Made by a program: the position numbers and the translations under genes. A stretch of 64,000 nucleotides of DNA from NCBI RefSeq assembly GCF_009914755.1, contig NC_060944.1; one strand, written 5' to 3'. Source of the DNA: the human T2T-CHM13v2.0 reference genome, Homo sapiens. Shown in pieces: positions 42,221-59,425 of the stretch; the stretch's first letter is position 1, and each line of letters starts with the position of its first letter. The notes below the pieces were generated by a model, which saw nothing but the letters and a program-made list of their open reading frames with translations, was not told the DNA's origin and made no database searches.

Positions 42221-42724
42221 GTGTGCTTTTTATTTCAAAGATAACTCAGGCTAAGACAATGGTGGCTTGGACCAGAGTAGTAACAGCAGAGGTGGTAGGA
42301 AAGGATTCAATTCTGGATATACTTTGCCAGCAGAGCTGGTAGGTCTTGCTGAAACTCTGATGAGGCTATGAGAGAGAGGAACTGGTACTGGGATCAAATG
42401 TGAGATGGTGGAATATTTCTCAAAGTGTGAGAGGAATACTAGTGAGGAAACACAGATAATTTTATGTCAGGCATTTAAATAACATTGAGTCACAGAAAGT
42501 GAAAGTTATCCTGTGTCACTTTTCTTCAACTCCTCATTATACCGTGGAGAGAGTCTCAGTTGGGTGTCAGTATCCCTTTAAGACCTCATCACCTATAAAT
42601 CTTCCTTTGTAACAGACAGAAAAGGGTTTGGAGTCAGAAACATTGGGCTCTTGCTGAGCCAGGCAATATTGTTTTATTTTTATTTTATTTATTCTTATAA
42701 CTACTTTTGACTGAAAGAGAGTGA

Positions 42725-43085
<361 letters not shown>

Positions 43086-44018
43086 TGATTTTCATTTTTT
43101 TATTAAAGCCTATGACTTTTTTAGAAAGCTCTCTGTTTAACTTATATCTATTTAAGTTTACAATGTAAAGCAACTCAAAGAAAAATGCCAAGTAACTTGG
43201 AGTGCAGGGAGTACGTGACAATGGCAAAATTCCAAAAATTTGAGGCCAAAATCTGAAATTTGGGAGACTACGAGATAGCAAGAGAAAGACCCAGGAAGGG
43301 GTGTGGCACTCACTTCCTATCCAGATCATGCTGATGCTGTTCCTATAAACACCGAGGGCAAGTTATTTCCCAACGGACCCATTCCAAGCTATGATGAAAC
43401 TGTCTCCCATGACCTTTCAGGTTGGGACTTGATCCTGAGCCAGCCCAATAACCGGCTTCATCAAAGGCTCCAGACAACAGTGTATGGAGGGACAAAGGCC
43501 CTCCAGGGAGCACTTTGGACCTTCAAGGTCTGGGCATGGGAGGATGGGGTACTCCAAACTGGAAAAGGTATTTCTAGAGAATTGGATTCATTGACATCAA
43601 AGGAACTCTGGTCCATGCCCCAAAGTCTGAGTGGAGGCAGCTGGGACCAGGGCATATTTTACCGGTGGGCCTGGGTTGGATTCCCTGTTCCAGAACCAGC
43701 TAAGAGATTAAGAGTACAATATTTAGCATTAGAGCAGAGGTTTCAATCTGGTGGCCCAAATGTAGCCATCATCATAACAATATTAATATTAGCAAGCCCA
43801 TATACCACACCTTACTATTTGCCAGGCTCCGTTTTCAGTACTTTACCTGTCTTAACTCATTCCATCCTTATAAAATCCATGCATTACTTGTGTGAGTCTA
43901 TCACCCATGCATTAGACAAAGCTACATTCAAATTCTGGCTGGGCCACTTGCTCGTTGCTGGGCAGGAGGTTTCACTCAAACTGAGTTTCCTCATCTGAAA
44001 CGAGAACTATAATGTGTA

Positions 44019-45210
44019 CAGGCATATCTTGTCTCATTGTGTTTTACAGATATTGCATTTTTGTGACAACCCTACAGTGAGCAATTCTCTTGGCATCATT
44101 TTTCCAACAGCATGTGCTCACTTCATGTTTCTAGGTCACATTTTGGTAATCTTGCACAATTTCAAACTTTTTTTATGATTATATCTGTTATGCTGATCTG
44201 TGATCAGTGATCTTTGAAGTTACTATTGTAATTGTTTTGAGGTGCCATGAACTGTGCCCATATAAGACGGCAAATTTAGTGGATAAATATTGTGTGTATT
44301 CTGATTGCTCCACTGACTGGCTATTCCCCAATCTCTCTCCCTCTCCTCAGGCCTCCCTATTCCCTGAGATACAATACTATTGAAATTAGTCCAACTAATA
44401 ATCCTTCAATGGCCTCAAAGTATTCAAGTGAAAGAAAGAGTCATACATCTCTCACTTTAAAATCAAAAGCTAGAAATGGTTACACTTAGTGAGGAAGGCA
44501 CGTCGAAAGCCAACACAGGCCAAAAACTAGGCCTCTTGTGCCAAACAGTTAGCCAACTTGTGAGTGTAAAGGAAAAGTTCTGGAAGGAAATTAAAAGTGC
44601 TACTCCAATGAACACATGGATGATAAGAAAGCAAAACAGCCTTATTCCTGATAGGGAGAAAGTTTTAGTAGTCTAACATAGAAGATCAAACCAGCCACAA
44701 CATTCCCAAGCCAAAGCCTAATCCAGAGCAAGACCCTAACTCTCATTAATTCTGTGAAGACTGAGAGAGGTGAGGAAGCTGCAGAAGAAAAGTTTGAAGT
44801 TAGCTGAGTTCATGAGTTTAAGGAAAGAAGCCATCTGCATAACATAAAAGTGCAAGTGAAACAGCAAGTGATGATGTAGAAGCTACACCAAGTTAACCAG
44901 AAGATCAAGCTAAGGTCATTGATGAAGATGACTACACTGAACAACAGATTTTCAACATAGATGAAATACTCTTCTTTTGGAAGAAGATGCCATCAAGTTG
45001 ACCTCTGGTTAGGGCATAATGCAGCTGGTAACTCTAAGTTGAAGTTCTGCTCATTTGCCATTCTGAAAATCTGAAGGCCCACAAGAATTATGCTAAATCT
45101 AAGCTGCTTATGCGCTATAAATGGAGCAACAAAGTCTAGATGACAGTACATCTGTTTACAGCATGTTTTACTGAATATTTTAAGCCTATTGTTGAGATAT
45201 ACTGTTCAGT
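44019..45210 (+). mobile_element. Tigger1 DNA transposon, 5' part with decayed transposase
   Basis: TA|CAGGCATA terminus. ORF 44476-44676 ([49 protein letters not shown]) resembles the Tigger1 pogo/CENP-B HTH region; stops and frameshifts follow. Confidence 0.92.
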
Positions 45211-46069
45211 AGACTGTGGAAGGGAATTCTTAAAGAACTTCCACAGTCAATGGATGGCTTGACCAACATTAATTTTCATTCCTTACTAGGTATGTTCATT
45301 GGACAGATAAGGAAACTGAGACTCAGAGGGATTAAGACATTTGTCCCAGGTCACACAGCTGAAATAGAGCTGAAATCCCAATGATACACACTGCTACTCC
45401 CATATCCCCACACAAATACTGAACTCTTTTTCTTGTTGGAGTCATCAGAAGATCAAGAAGTTATTATATGTGTTGAGTGAAGGAATATAACACATGACCT
45501 GAAATCCAGAGACACACTTCAGCTAAAGGAGAAATCTTGTGTTCCACCCCCCTCGTGGACCCCCCGCCCTGCTTAACTTCTTTTAAAGACTGTCAGAGAG
45601 ACAGGTCGAGTCCTTTCATCAAGGCATCCCATACCATTGACTGAGCACTTACTATGCCCCACACACTATGCTAAGTGCTTCCTCAGCTTTTCTCATTTTA
45701 TTTTTACAACCACCCTTCCAGATGGGTGTGATTACCTTCATTACAGAGGAAGAGACTAAAACTCAGAGATGTGTCTTCTGACTCCAAAGTCTGTGTTGCT
45801 AACCCTCAACTAGACTGTTCCCAAGCCTGCCATCATGCTCACCTTAGGGCAAAGTTAGAAAAACCTCAGGTTGATGGGAGCTATTGGCAAGAGACCACAT
45901 GAGCTGGGTGGGTCTGACCACTGGCACCCAAGGCAAATTAGAGAATGTGACTCAAGGTACTCATAATTTTATTGTACTACTATTTGTATAAATAATAAAT
46001 ACCATTTTTGAGGGGCAATGCCTACAATTTATAAAATTGTTGTCCAAGCACTGTGCTAAGACCATTATA

Positions 46070-46221
46070 CAGACATTTCCTGATTTTTGATGGTTAGACT
46101 TAGAATTTTTCAACTTTACAATGGATTTATTGAGAGTATTAAGTGCCTTTTAACTTAGGATATTTTCAACTTACAATGGGTTTATTGAGGGGTAACATCA
46201 TCGTAAGTTAAGAAGTATCTG
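46070..46221 (-). mobile_element. Short Tigger4/MER46-type MITE
   Basis: TA-flanked CAGA...TCTG termini; ATTTTCAACTTACAATGGGTTTAT..CATCGTAAGT core. Confidence 0.65.
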
Positions 46222-46317
46222 TATAGAAATCCATATAAAACTTCATGCTGGCCAGTGTGTAAAGAAAGAAAAAAAATACATGCATACTTAACAATGCAGA
46301 AGGATAAATAAAAAATT

Positions 46318-46500
46318 GATTACCTTGCTTGTCTCCTAGAAGGTGCACTGGGAGGCTTGGGAGGCTGGTGTAGCAGGGACCACCCATATGTAGCTTCCTT
46401 TGGACCTTAGTGCCACTTCCCTGGAATACATGAGCAGCTTTAAAAACAATTCTCAGGCTTCCCTACAGTTGGTGTATCTATAGGATTAAGATCTGGCCAA
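46318..46500 (-). other. Candidate alternative upstream non-coding exon of SLC13A3 (3' end at 46324)
   Basis: Donor CAAG|GTAATC at 46324/46323 in unique sequence beside MLT1 LTR fragments. I recall SLC13A3 having upstream alternative 5' exons. The 5' boundary is a guess. Confidence 0.35.
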
Positions 46501-48220
46501 TGGGAAGTGAGTAGAAGTTGTTATGTGGGACATTTAGGACCGTGTCTTTAAAGGAGCATACCCTTTTTTCTTTCCTCTCCCTTTTTCCTTCCTGACTCAT
46601 GGCTTGAGCTCCAGCAGCCATCGTTGATCAGGAAGTGTAAGGGATGTATTGGTGGCCTCCACAGACCCATGCCTCCTGGTATTCACACCCTTGTGTAGTC
46701 CCCTCCCACACTGACTCTGGGCTTGGCCATGTAACTTGCTTTGGCCAATGGGACATCAGCAAATGTGATGCAAACAAAGACTTAATAACCACTTGCACAT
46801 TAGGGCTTGTCTTCTTTAAACACTCCCTCTTGGCAGCCAATGTCACACCATAAAGAAGCATGGACTAGACTACTAAATGATGAAAGACTCCATAGAGAGG
46901 GGCCCTGAAAGACAGGAAGCTATTTTGGATGTCTCAGCCCCAGCAGAGCTCCCACTAAATGCAGCCCCCTAAGTGATCTCAGCTGCACCATGTGGAGCAG
47001 AAGAACCACCCAACTGAGCCCAGTCAATCATGGAATTATGAGAAATAACAAAATAATGTTGTTGCAACTTGTGAGGTGATTTAATACAGAAACCAACATG
47101 AACCAACCTTGAAAATGAAAGGTACACACTAAGGATGGAAAAGCAGAAAGATGGGAGTTGGGATCCTTCATGAATTCATGGAACCACCTCTGTACTTTAT
47201 TTACAAGGCAGCAGAAAACCTAATATGTTGAGCCTTATGTGTCTATGTTTTCAGTTATGTGTGACTAAAGTTATGTTGGGGACATGAGCAAGCGGAAGAC
47301 TTATTTGCACATCATACTCTGCTATGAATGTTGGAATGCACTGCCCAGTGCCCCTTTAGGAACAAAAATCTTTATCTGCTTGGAATGCTTCCAGTAGTCA
47401 ATCCTTGGCTATGAGCCCATTTGATAATTGCCTCAGCAAACAGTGCCACTTTAGCCAAGGTCATGTTTCCTTCCCAGAGTGGCTGACATCCAGTTAGTGA
47501 CTGAAGCGGGAATACAAGTTCCCAGCCTCCTCACCCCAATTTGGGACAACTTTGAGGGGCCATCCCCCTTCAGAGCACTCATGCAATTGGTCAAGTCCTC
47601 TGTGAAGGTTGCATTTCTGCTCAACATCTCCCTTCACCCTATATTTGTTTCCTTCCCTTCCCTTCCATGGGGGTGGATCCCAAAGGCATGTCCTAATAAA
47701 TTTCCTGCACACTCGTCTCCAAGTCCTTGAAAACCCAGCCTACAACACAGTGTTTTTCAACCCTTTGAATGTTAGAGTATATGTCTGTAATCCTCATTAA
47801 AAAAAAAAGATAAATAAGACAGAGTTCATATGTAGAACCAAATCACAGTGTGGGTTCTCTAGGAAACAGGGGGTTAGGAATGCATAAGATTTATTGGGAA
47901 TAACACCTGTGAAAAGGAAAAGGAACAGGGAGAAGCAGGATTGGGCAGAGGGAGCCACCAGGCAGCATTCAGGCAAGACAAAGTCTCTGCCAGCACAATG
48001 GAGAGCCCAGAGCAAAGCTCACCCATTGGAGGAGTCTTGCACCAGGTGGGTAGATACTTGTACCGGCATCTGACTCAACCAGTCTCTGAGCTGAGGGCCT
48101 CCCTGAGAAGAGCATTACTTCTACTTGAAAACTGAGGCAGTCCCCAAAAGAGCTAATAATGGCTGGGCAGCAAGTCCCAGTTTGAAGGGGAATCTGAGCT
48201 GCACATGTCTATGACTCCCA
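46480..48220. mobile_element. Cluster of old MLT1 and LTR16-like LTR fragments
   Basis: MLT1-type GGGCTTGGCCATGTAACTTGCTTTGGCCAATGGGAC and GCAGAAGAACCACCCAACTGAGCCCAG; LTR16-type CCTAATAAA..CCTGCACAC. Boundaries approximate. Confidence 0.6.
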
Positions 48221-48821
48221 CTAGCTAGAGGGGCTTTTTCATAGTCATCCAATCTGATACACCTGTCCCACTAAACAGGTCAACAAACAGAGGGTCACAG
48301 TGTCTGTTCCAATACCATCCAGAGAGTCAGGGTCTGAATTATGGCCAGTTCCCAGTCCAGGGGTCCTTCCACCAGACTTCAAGCCAACTCATGTGAAGAG
48401 AAGGAAAGCGTGGCTTTGAGCTTCCCATAGGCAGAGGCCATGCCTGCTCAGACACAGCTGCCTCTCTACTGCCTGGCACATGAGTGGGAAATAAATATGA
48501 GATGGGTTGAATTGAATTGATGTGCAAATCCCAACATTTGGTAACCCTCACCAGAAGGCTGGGCTATCAGCATTCCTGGGGTTCCTGGTGCTGCACCGAG
48601 CAGTAGTCATTCATACCCAAGCTCTGCTGAGCCCATGGCAACAGGAGTATGGATTTTGGAATCATCTATTCATTTATTCATTCAGCAAACATTTACTGAA
48701 TTCAAACCTGTGCCAGGCACTGTGCTGAACACTGGGGATCTGACATGAAATGAGGCAGGCAGCATCCCTCCTTCATGCGGCTTCCCATCTAGTGGGGTAG
48801 GCAGTTCAAATGCCAGTCCAT

Positions 48822-49333
48822 ATGTGGTTATAAAACATAGCCACAAATCCTGTGACACCCTTTCCACTGGGAGGCAGGGCCTATTCCCCCTCCTGATGAA
48901 CCTAGGTGAGCTTCTGACTGCTTTGACCAACAGCTTACCGTGGAAGTGACCCGATACGGCTTCCAGGGCATGAATAAGGCCACACAGCTTCTGCCTGATT
49001 TCTAGAACACTTGTCCTTGGAGACCTGGACTACTGCCCTGAGGCTGTCATGCTGGAGAGGCCATGAGTATCTGCTCTGGTTGACAGCTGAGCCCAGACTT
49101 CCAGCCAGCCCTATCAAGGCACAAGACACATGAATGAAGCTGTCTTAGGCCCCCCAGATGAGTTCATCTGAATGGCTGAGTGACCCTGAGTGCATTCCTC
49201 GATGCCACGGAGAACAGAAGAATCACCCAGCTGAGCCCCACTCTAATTCTTGCCCCACAAAATCATGATGTATTATTGCATGATTATTGTTTAAGTTTGG
49301 GGGATAGTTTGTCAAGCAGCAGATGTTTAACAC
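48822..49333 (+). mobile_element. MLT1 LTR
   Basis: GACTGCTTTGACCAA, GAAGAATCACCCAGCTGAGCCC, TTTGGGGATAGTTTG motifs. Confidence 0.7.
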
Positions 49334-50867
49334 TGAAACTGTGCACCTGGTGGGCTCATATCACCCCTCTGAGCCTCCATGGCCTTGTGGAAAATGTAGA
49401 TAATAAAAACAACTACATCATAGGTTTATGATAAGTCTCAGAGAATGAAAAGCCAGGTGCTGTTCTAAGGGCTGTTCCCATTTATTCGTTTAGCACAGGA
49501 CCAGGTACCTATCAACCCCTAATTACAGGGAAGTATGATTTCTAATTGGGAAATAACACGCTATGTGAGGTATGAATAAATATATTAACTATGGTCATCA
49601 GCCCAGTTATGGAGGCTTGCTGTGTGCCAAGCACAGTGCTAGGCATTTACATGAACGATCAGGTCCTGCCTGGTCCTTCAACCCTTCCCCCATTCCCTTC
49701 CATTGCTGGGGGCTGTCCTCTTTGCAGCCTTCTTTCTGCTCCTTGAGCATAGCAAGTTCTCTGCTTTTACAAATGCTCAGTCTGCCTGGATCTCCCTGTG
49801 CACCCTCCCCAAGCTCCCGCCACCATCACCATGACTGGTTCCTTCTACTCACTCAGTCCTCAGCTCAAATGTCACCTCCTCAGAGGGTCCCCACCCCCGA
49901 CCTCCTGATCTAAGGAAACGCAGCCTTCCTCAAGTTCACGTCACTCACCCTGTACAAAATCCCCAAATAGCATGATTCGTCGTCTGAAAGTGTTTACCAC
50001 TAGGTTAAACTCCAGGGGAACAAGGGAGTCCCAATTGCCCCCTGCCACACTCCCAGTGCCTGGAACATGGAGAGGAGCAATAAATATTGAAGGATGAAAC
50101 ACGCTCTACATCATTGGGTCTTACTGTTAGGAATATCAGTCAAAATCATGACTATTGTTCATTCAGCAAGGATTAATTGAGCACCTATTGTATACCAGGC
50201 ATCATTCTGGGTGCTGGGGATACAACAGTGATCAAATCAGACACCAGTTTTGCTCTCACAGAGTTTTCATTTTAGTAGCTCTGTGATAAGATACATGTGT
50301 GAAATACACAGCATGTCACGTGGAACTTAGTGCTATGAAGAAAAATAAGGTAGGCAGTGGGAGAGAGTATGAGGGGAATCTTGGCACCAAATTCCATTCT
50401 TCCCTCCACAGAAGGGACTTTCGGTTCCCCTCCCCTCCACCTCCGCACCCTGACCCCCATACCCCGTCAACATCTCTCAGTGTGACATTTTGTTTGAGGT
50501 CTCTGCAGCTCCAAGAACAATATTGGCTTTGATGCAGGTCCCAGCAGAGAGCCCTCAGACTGGAGGGGGGATTAGTTCCCCCTTCTTTCCCCTGGAGGGG
50601 GAAGTCAAACAGTTTGGCCTTGTGGGGCCTTTCCTCACTATGGGGAAGGGGGCAGGCCTGGGCCTTCCTGGCCTGGATCGTTGACTAACCCTGGGTTCTG
50701 GGCCATCCCCTGGCCTCCTCCATCCCAGGCAGAGAGTCAAGGTTTACAAACACGGAGAGGCCTTTGATCGGCAGCAGACCCCCAGTGTTCTGTTTTTTGT
50801 TCCAAACCTCAGGCCAGGACTATACTCTGTTTTGCCTCCAGCAGGGGAGACAGTGGGTAGGTGGGGA

Positions 50868-50871
50868 GTGC

Positions 50872-50915
<44 letters not shown>
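50868..50915. repeat. (CG)8(TG)14 alternating purine-pyrimidine tract
   Basis: Read directly from the sequence. Confidence 0.95.
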
Positions 50916-50918
<3 letters not shown>

Positions 50919-51422
50919 TTTGGAGGAGTGGAAGGAATCAGAGGAAGGCTCACATGGATCCTTGATTTTCTTTCCAACAGGCAGGCTAGGTTTGGAAGAG
51001 AGAATTCAATTCAATTCAAAATACCTAAGGAGCACCTACTAAATCCCAGGCACCATGGTAGAAATTAGGGCTAGAGCAGTGAACCAAACAGAGCTCCCTG
51101 CCCAGAGCCCCAATTCTAGAGGGGGCCACAGACAGCAAACAAATGAGCAAGTGAATACAGAGGCTGTGGGGGGCCATGATGCGCTTGACAGGAATGAAGC
51201 TGGGCAGTCGATGGGGCTGGGATGAGGGTGCTGTGGGGGCTTCCCAGACAAAGTGGCATTTGGTAGAGACCTGAAGGAAATGAGGGAGGCAGCCATGTGG
51301 CGATCAGTGGGAAAAGTGTTTCAGGGAAAGGGAACAGCTGCTATGAAGGCCCTGAGATGTGCGCAAGGCTGGCATGTTGGAAGAACAGCAAGGAGCCCAG
51401 TGTGGCTGACCCAGGGGAATAG

Positions 51423-53694
<2,272 letters not shown>

Positions 53695-55024
53695 TTTTAA
53701 TTATATTTTGAAAGTAAAGCTGGCAGGATCTTTTGCTGGATCGAATGGGGGCGAGGGGAGCTGGTGAAAGACAGGAGTCAAAGAGAGCCCCCAGGTTTGG
53801 GGTGAAGTTCTGGATTCCTGGGGCTGCCATTTACTAAGATGGGAAACTTGTGATGGGGGCAGAGACTATGGGTGAAACCAGGGGTTTGTTTTGGGACCTG
53901 TTGAGTTTTGGGATGCCCGTGAGGCCCTGGGGAAGATACATGCCATCTTATCTAAAGGTTGCAAATTCAATGCTCTCAGGGACAAGTAACAAGAGGAGTA
54001 AGACATATCTCACTCTCCTCTTACCTCTGTAAGAAGAACAACGGGACCAGCGTGATGACAAACAGTGACTCAGAGCCAAAGAGCAATAGGGAGCAGTGGA
54101 GACTGGGGCAAATTGGAAAGCACAGGCCCCTCTAAAAGAAGAGGTGTTAGAACAGGGTCCCGTGTGGCAAGATCTCCTGACGATGTTTCCAGAGAAGCCA
54201 GATGTCTAGATTTTTACATATGAAACAATCCATATGTATGTTTGAAATTGTTTAACATTGGCATATGAAATTGTTTAACATTGGCAACTAAAAAGCAAAC
54301 ATTATGTGAACCCAAGAAAACTGCCTACAGTTACAGCCACCCACTGGACCTAGATCAAATCTTCCACTTTACAGGTGGAGAAACTGAGGCCCAGGGAAGT
54401 CTAGAATTTTCCCCAAACTCACAGAAGGAGTTGGTGGCAGACTTTGGCCAGGCCTTGAATAGGCTGGGTCTCAGTGCCGGGTTCTCACCTCCCAGGCCTT
54501 GGTAAGAAGGGGCTGGAGTTAGTCTGTCTCCTTCACTTTGATCTAAATAGAGAGGCTCTAACCTGACAGTAAAAGGCAGCAAGATGCTATGAACAAGTAT
54601 GGCTTTGGCGGCCTGGGGTCTCTATCTGTGTTGGTTAGGAATGCTTTTGGCTTCAAGTGATGGAAAATCTGATTTATGGTAGCTTCAGCTTTGGAGACGT
54701 TTACCTGTGCATATAATAAGTCCAGAAAGTGAGGTCTGAGGTCACTAAGAACAGACTCACACTCTGCCCATCCCTCTACCTCAACATCTTCCTCTCATTG
54801 ACTCTTTACCATCAGGGGTGGCCTCATGGCCTCCAGATTGCTGCTGAACCTCCGGTTATTGCCATTGCATTGAAAAGCAGACATTGTTGATGGGGATGTG
54901 CTGGTGTCAGAGCAGGGAGAGAATTCTTACATCTTCTCACCTTCTAGGAGAAGCAAAATCTTCCACAGAAGCAATCTTCCCAGATTTGCTCTTGTATCTT
55001 ATTGGCCAGAAAAGGGTCACATGC

Positions 55025-55443
55025 TGACACGGTTTGGAGGTTTGTCCCCTCCAAATCTCAGGTTGAAATGTGACCTCCAGTGTAGGAGGTGGGGCTGGTG
55101 GGAGGTACTGGATCATGGCGGCAGATCCCTCGTGAATGGCTTGGTGCCCTCTCTGTGGTAATCTCTGAGTGAGCCCTGGCTCTGTTAGTTCACAAGACAG
55201 CCAGTTGTTTAAAGGAGCCCGGCTCCTCCCCTTCTCTCTCTTGTTCCTGCTTTCACCATGGGACACTGCCTGCTCCCCCTTTGCCTTCCACCATGATCGG
55301 AAGCTTCCTGAGGCCCTCACCAGAAGCAGATGCTGGAGCCATGCTTGTACAGCCTGCAGAACTGTAAGCCAATTAAGCCTCTTTTCCCTATAAATTACCC
55401 AGCCTCAGGTGTTTCTTTACAGCAATGCAAAAGGCCTAATACA
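55025..55443 (+). mobile_element. MSTB-like solo LTR
   Basis: TGACACGGTTTGGA..TTTGTCCCCTCCAAATCTCA...CTAATACA with perfect TSD CATGC. Confidence 0.9.
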
Positions 55444-55553
55444 CATGCCCATTCCTAATCAGGAACCGATCTGACCTTTCCTGAGATGAAGCTATCTTCG
55501 CCTAAAAATATCTAGACTAATTGGGATTCTGTCCAAAAGGAATAAGAAGGGTA

Positions 55554-56248
<695 letters not shown>

Positions 56249-57804
56249 TTACAGGCTGATGACTCTGGGAAAGTTGCTTAGCACCTCTGAGCCTCTACTC
56301 CCCCATCTGTAAAATGGGTATGGCAGATGGTATTTTGTTTCTTGCCCTCTCAGCATCCATTTCCTATTTTTCTGATGACATACTTTGATTTTCCTTCAGG
56401 TAGGAGTTTTCAGAACAGCAGCCTCAGCATCACCTGGGAAGTTGTTAGCAATGCAGATTCTCAGGCCAGTCTCAGACCTTTGATTCAGAAGCTTTGGAAT
56501 GGCAGCCTGGCAAGGTGGGAAAGTGCGTCTTGTCTACCCTTAGCTTATAAGGGGAACAAATGGAGCTGTATTATAATCACCTGTTTGCTGTTCTCTAAAA
56601 ATAGTAGCCACTTAAATGACATCACGATAATGATATTGCTCATTGTCACCATGTGCCATGCACTGTGGTAGTGCTCCAACTGCTCCACGTACCTCCTTAT
56701 ATGGATGCTTGTGGTGGACATGGATGTGCGACCCAGATCCCTTAAGGAAGCACCTATTGCCCCAGAGGCAGGGAGAGTGGTCAGCAGTCAGCTCCTGTGG
56801 TCAGCTCCTCCAGGGATCAACTCACAGTAGGCAGAGAGTGGCCTTGCCAGAGCTCGTGTCCCTTCCAGGCGTGACACCCCCAACGACTGCATAATGTGAG
56901 ACTGCAAAGTCCTGGCCATCTCAGGCCATCTTGTGACATCTCTGAAGAGCCATTTCAACTGCAGAGCTCCCGCAGAATTGACTGAAGCTGCTGCTGGGTC
57001 TCAGCTCCAGTTCTCCCTCTGCCCGCTCCTGTGTACTCTGCCCTCTCCTGTGTCCTCTGCCATCTCCTGTGTCCTCCATGCTGTGGATGTTGATCCCAAG
57101 GGCAGCTCAACTGTATCTGAGTCTGCTTCCTGGGGATCCTGACCAGTGACAATACTCACAGCAACTCCACCATGCAGCACCACTGTGAGTCCATTTTACA
57201 GATGAGGACACTGAGGCTCAGAGAGGTACAAGGAGGGGATCCTAGGCCATGCACCTGGTAAACAAGGAGACATGGGCTGGGAAGCCAGCACATTTGTGAA
57301 TAGAGAAGTGGCATGTTCTGGCTTTAAAAGGGTCCCCTGGGCTGCTGAGTAAGGAAGAACGGAAGGGGCCAGGACAAGGGCCTCCCAGGCCGCGGCTGGA
57401 CCTTGTCATCCCTGCAGCTTCTTCAGAAGAGCCAGACGCAGCCCATGTGCTCACTAAGTACCCAGTGAAGGAGTGAGTGAAGAGAGAATGGATGAAAACA
57501 TTAAGACTGGAAGGAACTAGACATCCTCACGTCCGTCTCCCTCATTACATGGTGCATAATTAGCACAGTGCCTGCTACACTTAGGTGCTCAGCTAAGGTG
57601 GCGTTGAGTGAATAAATGAACACGTTCAAGGAAAGGAGGGAGGGAGAGAGGGGCATGGACTTGGGAAGAAAAGATGGAAGTAGAGGAAGGAGAAGGGGAG
57701 AAAAGAAAGGGAGGAAGAAAGAGGGGAAGGAGGGAGGAGGGAGGAGGAAGAGAAGAGAGAAAGTGAAGGGAGGTTTACCTGTTCGCACCAAGAATGACAG
57801 TAAC

Positions 57805-57834
57805 TTACGACCCCTGGTGGCAGAAAAGTGCACA
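57805..57834 (-). promoter_or_regulatory. Candidate CTCF site
   Basis: Minus TGCACTTTTCTGCCACCAGGGGTCGT: close to core CCACCAGGGGGCGC plus an upstream TGCA module. Confidence 0.55.
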
Positions 57835-57906
57835 GTCCATTGAAATTGCGGTGCCTAGAATTAAAGGACGCAAGGGAAGACTCCTAGTTCCCCAAGAGGT
57901 TCAGGC

Positions 57907-58318
57907 TGCATTCATTTGTTTTCTATTGCTTTTAACAGAATACTTAAAACTGGGTAATTTATAAAGAAAAGGAGTTTATTTCTTACTGTTATGGAGGAAT
58001 ACAAGGTCGAGGGGGCACATCTGGTGGGGGCACAGCCTTCTTGAAGGTGGGGACTCTACAGAGACCTGAGGCGGCACATGGCATCATGTGACAAGGGGGC
58101 TGGGTGTGCTAGCTCAGGTCTCTCTTCCTCTTATAAAGCCACCAGTCCTGCTCTCATAATAACCCATTAATCTATTAGTCCACACGTGGATTAATCAATT
58201 CATGAGGGCAGAGGCCTTAGGATCCAATCACCTCTTAAAGGCCCCATCTTTCAATACTGCTAAGTTGGGCATTCAGTTTCCAACACATGAAATACGGGGA
58301 ACACATTCAAACCACAGC
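57907..58318 (-). mobile_element. MST/MLT1A-like solo LTR
   Basis: CTGGGTAATTTATAAAGAAAAG..TTTATTTC...CATTCAAACCACAGCA. Confidence 0.8.
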
Positions 58319-59425
58319 AGGTGCAGACCCTTGTAAGAACATGGGCTCCTCCATCAGGGCTCTGGCAGTCAGTGACAGCTGGGTTAGGACTAGGGTGAAG
58401 CAAGTGAGGCACAAATTTAAGGAGGCATCCAAAAACTCAATAATCCAAAAAATATCTTAATGGGATGGTTTTAAAAATCAAATTGGCAAACTATCGCCCA
58501 CGGGCCGACTGTCTGATTTGTAAATAAAGTTTTATTGGAACCAGGGTCAGGAATATGGTGGATTCTTGCAGTTAAATCAGAGATTATGCCCTGCATGCCT
58601 TCGCTAATGTAGATGTTCCCAACCCCTAAGGTAGCACGTGGTGTGGGCGTGGTCAGCTCAGCTCATCCAACAATAAGAACACAGCTTGTTTGGAGCACTC
58701 ACTATGCCAGCTTTAAAGCAACTCTACTCTGGAACTACCTCTCTTGGCCCCATGGACTGGCCACAAAAGCACTTTTAAATGTTCCAGGAATGTGGGCCTG
58801 TGTCAAGTGTTGGTCGCATCTCGGTGTCATATCACATTTCCCTGGTTCTGCCATTTACTAACTGAGTGGCCTGGGGCAGGACTTAATTTCTCTGTGTCTC
58901 ATTTGCTTCTTCTGTAAAATGGGTTAATGCATGGAAAGAACGTAACTCTATAAAGTCAGCTGCTGTTGTTAAAAGCATGGGTCTGAATCCCAGCTCTGTC
59001 ACTTATTGTGACCCTAGGACATATTTCCTATTGCCCAGTGTTTCCTCCACCATAAAATGGAGATTATAATCCTCATCTGGTTGGGTTTAGCTGGGGATTC
59101 ACACAAAACTGCTAGTGCTGTTGGCTCAGCACTGCAAAGCACCTGCAGCTCCCCGGTGGACGTCAAGGGATCTGAAAGTGCAGAGGGTTCCTTAGCCCTT
59201 TGTGAGAGGAACTAGGAAAGGAATCCACTGTTCACCTAGGAACATTTGTTAACCCTTTATTTCCCACTGTGGGCCAAGGGCTAAGTGTGCAGATGGACGA
59301 TTCTCCTCCTGGGGGCATTTGTGACGTTTCTCCAGTCTCCAATATCTGCCACTCTCCCTCTTGATACTTGCAAAGATCATTACTGCTTCCTGACAGCTGC
59401 GGCTACCCCCACTGCTACTGGCCAC

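Noticed and set aside
43303-43998. Longest ORF in the window (231 aa)
   Set aside because: GTG start, no recognisable domain, 3' part runs through MIR-derived sequence; most likely chance.
44476-44676. Tigger transposase ORF as a domesticated gene
   Set aside because: Truncated by stops, frameshifts and deletions; a fossil.
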